NCBI GenBank assembly: GCA_017618055.1
Contig: JAFZVB010000005.1
Span: 3,136-67,135 of the forward strand
From: Clostridia bacterium
Lineage (GTDB): Bacteria; Bacillota; Clostridia; Christensenellales; CAG-917
DNA: 64,000 nucleotides
Direction of reading: 5' to 3'
Positions 58,739-64,000 of the stretch are shown piece after piece; the first letter of the stretch is position 1, and every line of letters begins with the position of its first letter. Under the pieces are notes generated by a model. That model saw only the letters and a list, made by a program, of their open reading frames with translations, was not told the DNA's origin and made no database searches. The position numbers and the translations under genes are program-made.

Positions 58739-59335
58739 TTATTCTGTTTTTAATTTGTAAATAATTATATCAATTAACATCTCAACCTCTTGCTTTCCAT
58801 AACTATCTTGCTTTAGAACTACACTATCCATAGTAAGCTTTTTGCAAATACCCATGAGTGCATGAGTGGATGTTAAATAAAATAATTCAATATTATCTAT
58901 TTTGTTTATTGTTCCGTCTTTTAATCCTAAATTGTATGCATCTAAATAATCTTGCATATATGGAAGAAGTGTGTCTTCATACTGTTCTAGAGCACCATCT
59001 GCTTGGATAATGGAATCAAATTCAGATATAAATCTGAAATACTCTGGATGTTCTTCATATATCTTTAGGAAATTATTATAAAATGCTTCCATCTTGCTAA
59101 TACCTGTTGTTGCTTTGGATAAATCAAAATACTTTGTATGTATTTGATCTGCCATAGTTTTGGCTGCATATATAACAAGATTTTGCTTTGTGGAGAAATA
59201 ACGATAAATTGTAGCCTCACCTACACCAACCTTTTGAGTAATATCCTTAATTGTAACCTTCTCAATTCCCTCGGATAAGAATAAATCTGAAGCAATAGAA
59301 ATAATATAGTCAATCTTGGCTTGTTTAATACTCAT
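58739..59335 (-). CDS. TetR family transcriptional regulator
   Basis: A..LF...GI..VTIKDI...GVGEATIYRYFSTK; start ATG 59335. Confidence 0.93.
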   Translation of the reverse strand: MSIKQAKIDYIISIASDLFLSEGIEKVTIKDITQKVGVGEATIYRYFSTKQNLVIYAAKTMADQIHTKYFDLSKATTGISKMEAFYNNFLKIYEEHPEYFRFISEFDSIIQADGALEQYEDTLLPYMQDYLDAYNLGLKDGTINKIDNIELFYLTSTHALMGICKKLTMDSVVLKQDSYGKQEVEMLIDIIIYKLKTE

Positions 59336-59350
59336 ATTTCCCCCGAAAAA

Positions 59351-59418
59351 TGATAGTCTAACTCTCAAAATGATAGTTTATCTATCAAAATAATATATTA
59401 TTTTAGAGATAGTGTCAA
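59351..59418 (-). promoter_or_regulatory. tetR promoter with two tandem palindromic operators
   Basis: Minus-strand TTGACA (59418-13), 17 bp spacer, TATTAT (59395-90); TGATAG-N5-CTATCA at 59371-87 and a one-mismatch copy at 59351-67. Confidence 0.75.
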
Positions 59419-59497
59419 TAGCTAATTTTCTATATTGAAGAAAAGTGAGTGCTTTGTTATAATAATTGTACAAATATTTTTAAAAAAGAGGTTTTTT

Positions 59498-60439
59498 ATG
59501 GCATCTATTAGAGCGAAAATTGGAAGAGCTTTAGTTTGGAAGTTTATGAATATGAATCCAGACACTGGCAAAAAGAACATGAAACAAGTTTGTGAAATGA
59601 TATCCAACAACAAATTACAAACAAAGAAAGGATATGACATCACAAGAGAGACCACACCAGACGGAATTAGATTTGTAAGAATTAAACCAAAGGAAGGAAC
59701 ATCAGATAAGTTAGTTCTCTATTATCATGGTGGTGGCTATGCTGCTGGATTATCCAAAGATTACTATATGAAGAATGCAGATTACTGCAAAGCTGCTGGA
59801 GAAGGTGTTCAAGCTATTCTTTTAGATTATGATTTAACTCCAGAATACAAATACCCTGTTCAACATAATCAAGGTATGGCTATGTGGAAATATGTCACAG
59901 AAGTTGAAGGATTCAAACCAGAAAACATTATTATGGGCGGAGACTCTGCTGGTGGCAACCTAGTATTATCCTGTATGCTACATCTTAGAGATGAAGGTGG
60001 CAAATTACCTAGAGCGCTATTCCTAATTTCACCATGGACAGACATGGTTGGTATTGGACAAAGCTATATAGACAATTACAATATAGATCCACTTTTTGGA
60101 GACAAAAAGAAACAATTAACAGAAGATTTAATTAAACAACTCATTGAAAGTGATATGTATTCATTCTGTCTTGGTGTAGATAGAAAGAATCCATATGTTT
60201 CCCCAGTACTAGGAGACTACGAAGGATTCCCTCCAACACTCTTCACTGTTGGTGGTGCCGAGATACTTTTAGATGACACAAGAATCATTGCAAAGAATAT
60301 GGAAGAACACGGAATTGAGACAAAAGTAATCTCACACGAGTTAATGTTCCATATCTATCCTCTCTATACAGGCATCTTCCCAGAAAGCACAGAAGCATTT
60401 AAGGAAATCTTAAAATACATTTCAGAGAAAATGAAATAA
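59498..60439 (+). CDS. Alpha/beta hydrolase, HSL-family esterase
   Basis: HGGG, GDSAGG, SPWTD, E...D, H; start ATG 59498 (GAGG RBS). Confidence 0.92.
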   Translation: MASIRAKIGRALVWKFMNMNPDTGKKNMKQVCEMISNNKLQTKKGYDITRETTPDGIRFVRIKPKEGTSDKLVLYYHGGGYAAGLSKDYYMKNADYCKAAGEGVQAILLDYDLTPEYKYPVQHNQGMAMWKYVTEVEGFKPENIIMGGDSAGGNLVLSCMLHLRDEGGKLPRALFLISPWTDMVGIGQSYIDNYNIDPLFGDKKKQLTEDLIKQLIESDMYSFCLGVDRKNPYVSPVLGDYEGFPPTLFTVGGAEILLDDTRIIAKNMEEHGIETKVISHELMFHIYPLYTGIFPESTEAFKEILKYISEKMK

Positions 60440-60464
60440 TATTGTTTATAACTTATATATAATT

Positions 60465-60497
60465 AGTCATCATCTTTAATTAGGTGGTGACTTTTTT
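60465..60497 (+). terminator. Terminator after the esterase
   Basis: agtcatcatct...aggtggtgact followed by a T-tract. Confidence 0.8.
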
Positions 60498-60506
60498 AAA
60501 ATTTTT

Positions 60507-60681
60507 TTATCCACAACCCTTTTTGCATAAAAAATTATATGTTTATAAAAAATTGGTACTACATACGGTTAGATTATGCAAAATTATGGAATATTTGTGA
60601 ATATCTAATACTACATAGTGTTAGTGTCACTTTTCAAAAAGCACAATATCTAGTATTTTTTTATAAAAAATATGTGGAAAA
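60507..60681. promoter_or_regulatory. DnaA-box and NrdR-box-like cluster
   Basis: TTATCCACA (60507-15); TGTGGAAAA (60673-81); gcaCAATATCTAGtat (60641-56); ataCTACATAGTGtta (60608-23). Confidence 0.5.
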
Positions 60682-60835
60682 CTATTGCCAAATAAATTAA
60701 TGTATGATAATATCACTTTTAAAGAAAATTATAGTAATCAAATTAAGGGAAATCTATTGCAAAAGCAATTTTGAAAACTATGAAGACATTAAAGGTATTG
60801 CACATCGAAATATTCGGTATTAGATAACCATGAAC

Positions 60836-60877
60836 GAGTACTTAGCGTATTTGACCGTTAAAGTACTCATTTTTTTT
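60836..60877 (+). terminator. Leader (attenuator-like) terminator upstream of uraA
   Basis: gagtactt-agcg...cgtta-aagtactc followed by T8, 47 bp before the start codon and downstream of a TTGCCA-17-TAATAT promoter (60685-60713). Confidence 0.65.
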
Positions 60878-60924
60878 ATAAGGAAACAAAAAATCTTGCG
60901 AGCAATTCGCATAGGGAGGATTAT

Positions 60925-62469
60925 ATGAAACTTATTTATGATGTAGGAGACAAACCTAAGCTTAATAAACTATTGGTTTTCTCATTGCAACAATTATTAG
61001 CAATTATCACAGCAACAATCGTTGTTCCAGTAATTGTTAATGGCGCACTTGCAGGTTCAGGTTTAGATCCAGTTCTTGATTCAGCAGCTGCATTAGTAGG
61101 CGCTGGATTTGGTACTCTTACCTACTTGCTATTCACAAAATTTAAGAGCCCAGTATTCCTTGGAAGTTCATTCGCTTTCATATCTCCATTAATTGGTGCT
61201 TGTGCATTTGGTTACTTTGGTGTACTTGTCGGTGCTGCATTCGCTGCTTCCGTATACGTACTCATCGCTGTAGCTGTTAAATTCGCAGGAACAAAATGGA
61301 TTAACAAGTTAATGCCTCCAGTAGTTATTGGACCAACAGTTGCTTTAATCGGATTATCTTTAGCAGGAAACGCAATTGGAGATTTAACAGTTCAAAGTGG
61401 TGGCCCTCTTGCAGGAAACTACAACTTAGTAGCAATCTTCATCGGTTTATTCACATTCTTCGTAATCGTCTTCTGTTCTGTAAAAGGAAACAAGACAATG
61501 AAGTTAATCCCATTCGTTATTGGTATTCTCTGTGGATATGCACTTGCTGGATTCTTCTCAATCTTTGGATATGCATGCAATGTAGATTATCTCAAGATAA
61601 TCAACTTCCAATCATTAATAGACAACTTCTCACCAGTAAGAATCCAAAGCTTCTTAAATTACCCAGATTTCACATTCTTACACGCACATACAAACAATGC
61701 TTTAACAGGTGCAGGTGTTGCTAATATCGCACTCCTCTACATTCCAGTTTCATTCGTAGTATTTGCAGAACACATCGCAGACCACAAGAACATTTCTTCT
61801 ATTATCGAGAAAGACTTACTCGTAGACCCAGGTTTACATAGAACATTACTCGGTGATGGTATCGGTTCATTAGTTGGTTCAGTATTCGGTGGTGTACCAA
61901 ATACAACATATGGCGAATCCATTGGTTGTGTAGCTATCACAAAGAATGCTTCTGTAGTATCTATTATGGGTGCTGCATGTATGGCAATCGTACTCGCATT
62001 CATTTCACCAGTTATTGCTTTCATCAATACAATACCAAGCTGTGTAATGGGTGGCGTTTGCTTATCACTCTATGGCTTCATCGCAGTATCAGGTCTCAAC
62101 ATGATCAAGAACGTAGACCTTGGCGAAAGCAAGAACCTCTTCACAGTATCCTCAATTCTTATTGCTGGTGTTGGTGGATTATCACTTCAATTCGGTCTCG
62201 CAACAAAGGGACAAGCAATTGTTACAATCACATCTATTGCTACAGCATTAATTATCGGTATCCTTGTTAACCTCCTCTTCTCAAAGAAAGGTGAAAACGC
62301 AGATACAGATTCAGTAGGAGATAGTGCTGCAAGTGGTAATGCTGCTGCTGCAAGAGATGTTGCAGATGCAGAAGCTGCAGAAGCTGCTGAAACACAAAAA
62401 GCAGAAGAAGAAGCTGCATCAGAAGAATATCAAGCTGCATTAGCAGAAGAAAAGAAAGACGAAGAATAA
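60925..62469 (+). CDS. uraA: NCS2 uracil/xanthine permease (UraA/PyrP-like)
   Basis: P.FLGSSFAFI, PPVVIGP, EHIAD, GG.PNTTYGESIG, VMGG....LYG.IA. Confidence 0.92.
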   Translation: MKLIYDVGDKPKLNKLLVFSLQQLLAIITATIVVPVIVNGALAGSGLDPVLDSAAALVGAGFGTLTYLLFTKFKSPVFLGSSFAFISPLIGACAFGYFGVLVGAAFAASVYVLIAVAVKFAGTKWINKLMPPVVIGPTVALIGLSLAGNAIGDLTVQSGGPLAGNYNLVAIFIGLFTFFVIVFCSVKGNKTMKLIPFVIGILCGYALAGFFSIFGYACNVDYLKIINFQSLIDNFSPVRIQSFLNYPDFTFLHAHTNNALTGAGVANIALLYIPVSFVVFAEHIADHKNISSIIEKDLLVDPGLHRTLLGDGIGSLVGSVFGGVPNTTYGESIGCVAITKNASVVSIMGAACMAIVLAFISPVIAFINTIPSCVMGGVCLSLYGFIAVSGLNMIKNVDLGESKNLFTVSSILIAGVGGLSLQFGLATKGQAIVTITSIATALIIGILVNLLFSKKGENADTDSVGDSAASGNAAAARDVADAEAAEAAETQKAEEEAASEEYQAALAEEKKDEE

Positions 62470-62491
62470 TAATCGTCAAAACTTCTAAACT

Positions 62492-62524
62492 AAAAAGGAT
62501 ACCTCGTTTGAGATATCCTTTTTT
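62492..62524. terminator. Bidirectional terminator
   Basis: aaaaaggata.ctc...gag.tatcctttttt between convergent genes. Confidence 0.8.
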
Positions 62525-62543
62525 ATTACTTTGTAATAAACAA

Positions 62544-63455
62544 TTATAAAACGTATGGTGTTACTTGGTATACGTAATAGTTCAACCAATTATAGAAAAG
62601 TAGGTTTGCTGTAGACTTCCATTTCATATCTACATCTTCTAAATCTTCCCCACATTTCTCTGTGAAATAGTTAATTGGTTTTTCAATTGGTAATCCTTTA
62701 TTTAAATCTCTTAAGTACTCATTTCTTAATGTGTATCTGTCATACTCAGCATGTCCTGTAAAGAAGAAGGATTTATTGTCATGTGTTTTTGCAATAACTA
62801 TACCTGCCTCTTCAGAATTTGCTAATACCTTAAGATTTGGATTTCCATATACATCATTTTCATCAATTGCGGTATGTCTTGAGTTTGGAATATAGAATGT
62901 ATCGTCCATTCCCTTTAAAAGCATATCGTTTTGTACTGTTGCATGACATGGATAAATTCCAAATAGCTTCTTAGGCAACAATCTCTTTTGTACACCAAAG
63001 AAATGATATAGGGCTGCTTGTGCTCCCCAACAGATATAAATAGTACTTGTAACATTCTCTTTAGCATAGTCCATAATGACTTCTAATTCTTTCCAGTATT
63101 GAACTTCTTCAAATGGAATTTGTTCAATAGGTGCACCTGTTACTATCATGCCGTCAAACTTTCTGTCTTTGATTTTATCAAAGGTTGTGTAAAATCTTTC
63201 CATATGATCGTCAGTAACGTGTGTAGCCTTATATGTGGCCGTCTGAAGGAATGTTACGTTGATTTGTAAAGGTGAATTACCAAGCAATCTTAAAAGTTGT
63301 GTCTCTGTTTCAACTTTTGTAGGCATTAGATTAAGAATTAAGATTTCAACCGGACGGATATCTTGTGAATATGCACGAGCTTCATCCATTACGAAAATCT
63401 TTTCGGATGTTAATCTTTCAAATGCTGGTAAGTCTTTTGGTATAATGATTGGCAT
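62544..63455 (-). CDS. metA: MetA-family homoserine O-acyltransferase (likely acetyltransferase)
   Basis: LNLMP.K..TE.Q, TGAPIE (Glu associated with acetyl-CoA use), ICWGAQA, GHAEYD. Confidence 0.95.
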   Translation of the reverse strand: MPIIIPKDLPAFERLTSEKIFVMDEARAYSQDIRPVEILILNLMPTKVETETQLLRLLGNSPLQINVTFLQTATYKATHVTDDHMERFYTTFDKIKDRKFDGMIVTGAPIEQIPFEEVQYWKELEVIMDYAKENVTSTIYICWGAQAALYHFFGVQKRLLPKKLFGIYPCHATVQNDMLLKGMDDTFYIPNSRHTAIDENDVYGNPNLKVLANSEEAGIVIAKTHDNKSFFFTGHAEYDRYTLRNEYLRDLNKGLPIEKPINYFTEKCGEDLEDVDMKWKSTANLLFYNWLNYYVYQVTPYVL

Positions 63456-63466
63456 AATGCCTCCTA

Positions 63467-64000
63467 TTACATATTATCTAGTGCGTTTTGTACGTCTGCA
63501 ATTAAGTCATCGATGTGTTCAATACCACAACTTAATCTAATAAGTTCTGGAGAAATTCCACATTCTCTTAATTGTTGGTCTGTTAATTGTCTATGTGTTG
63601 CTGTTGCTGGGTTTAAGCAACAAGATTTTGCATCTGCTACGTGTGTTTCAATTTGGATTATCTTGAGTTGCTTCATGAATGCTTCTGCTTCCTTTCTGCC
63701 ACCCTTAATTCCAAAGCTTAATACACCACAAGTTCCCTTTGGCATATACTTTTGTGCGAGTTCGTAGTCTTTATCTCCCTTTAATCCTGGATATTTAACC
63801 CATGCAACTTTGTCATTCTTAGAAAGATATTCTGCCATTGCGAGTGCATTGGATGCATGTCTTTCCATTCTAACTGCTAAAGATTCTAGTCCAAGATTGA
63901 GATAATATGCATTTTGTGGGGATTGGATTGAACCAAAGTCTCTCATTAATTGTGCTGTACACTTTGTAATGAATGCTCCTGCGTTTCCAAACTTCTCTGC
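63467..64000 (-). CDS. metY: O-acetylhomoserine aminocarboxypropyltransferase/sulfhydrylase, C-terminal part (5' truncated)
   Basis: RDFG...SP.NA..L..GLESL..RMERH, HVADAKS...PA..TH.QL, IRLSCGIE. Confidence 0.92.
   Translation of the reverse strand, partial: AEKFGNAGAFITKCTAQLMRDFGSIQSPQNAYYLNLGLESLAVRMERHASNALAMAEYLSKNDKVAWVKYPGLKGDKDYELAQKYMPKGTCGVLSFGIKGGRKEAEAFMKQLKIIQIETHVADAKSCCLNPATATHRQLTDQQLRECGISPELIRLSCGIEHIDDLIADVQNALDNM

Noticed and set aside
60500-60720. oriC
   Set aside because: Only one perfect DnaA box and no dnaA/dnaN/rpmH/gidA neighbours

Overview
AT-rich chromosomal window from a low-GC Firmicute (Clostridia-like gene content). Most of it is housekeeping: dhaL, tRNA-Leu(GAG), two giant surface proteins, an rsmD-coaD fusion, iorAB-paaK, an aconitase-like hydratase, valS, pgsA-like, nnrD, recX, ilvE, yigZ, tyrS, a glpA-like cluster, ppa, eno, uraA, metA and metY. 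The notable part is a ~14 kb all-minus-strand accessory block (about 38.0-51.9 kb) abutting the 3' end of tRNA-Leu(CAA), with no integrase or phage structural genes. In transcription order it encodes: a solitary YonO/RdRP-like two-barrel single-subunit RNA polymerase (DYDSD); a 91-aa protein; a Vps4/CdvC-like MIT-AAA+ ATPase; four tandem proteasome-beta/HslV-like paralogs, of which only the first keeps the catalytic Thr1; a TerY-P-like module (kinase, two vWA, PP2C); an internally duplicated membrane protein; a candidate HEPN RNase; a 46-aa basic ORF absent from the ORF track; and a WYL regulator. A ~60-bp element with the 21-bp core TTGTTACAYYATTYRTGTATG precedes both sub-operons (three copies). 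This looks like a co-regulated proteolysis/phosphorylation stress or defence system that I do not recognise as described. All family calls come from reading motifs by eye; no searches were run.
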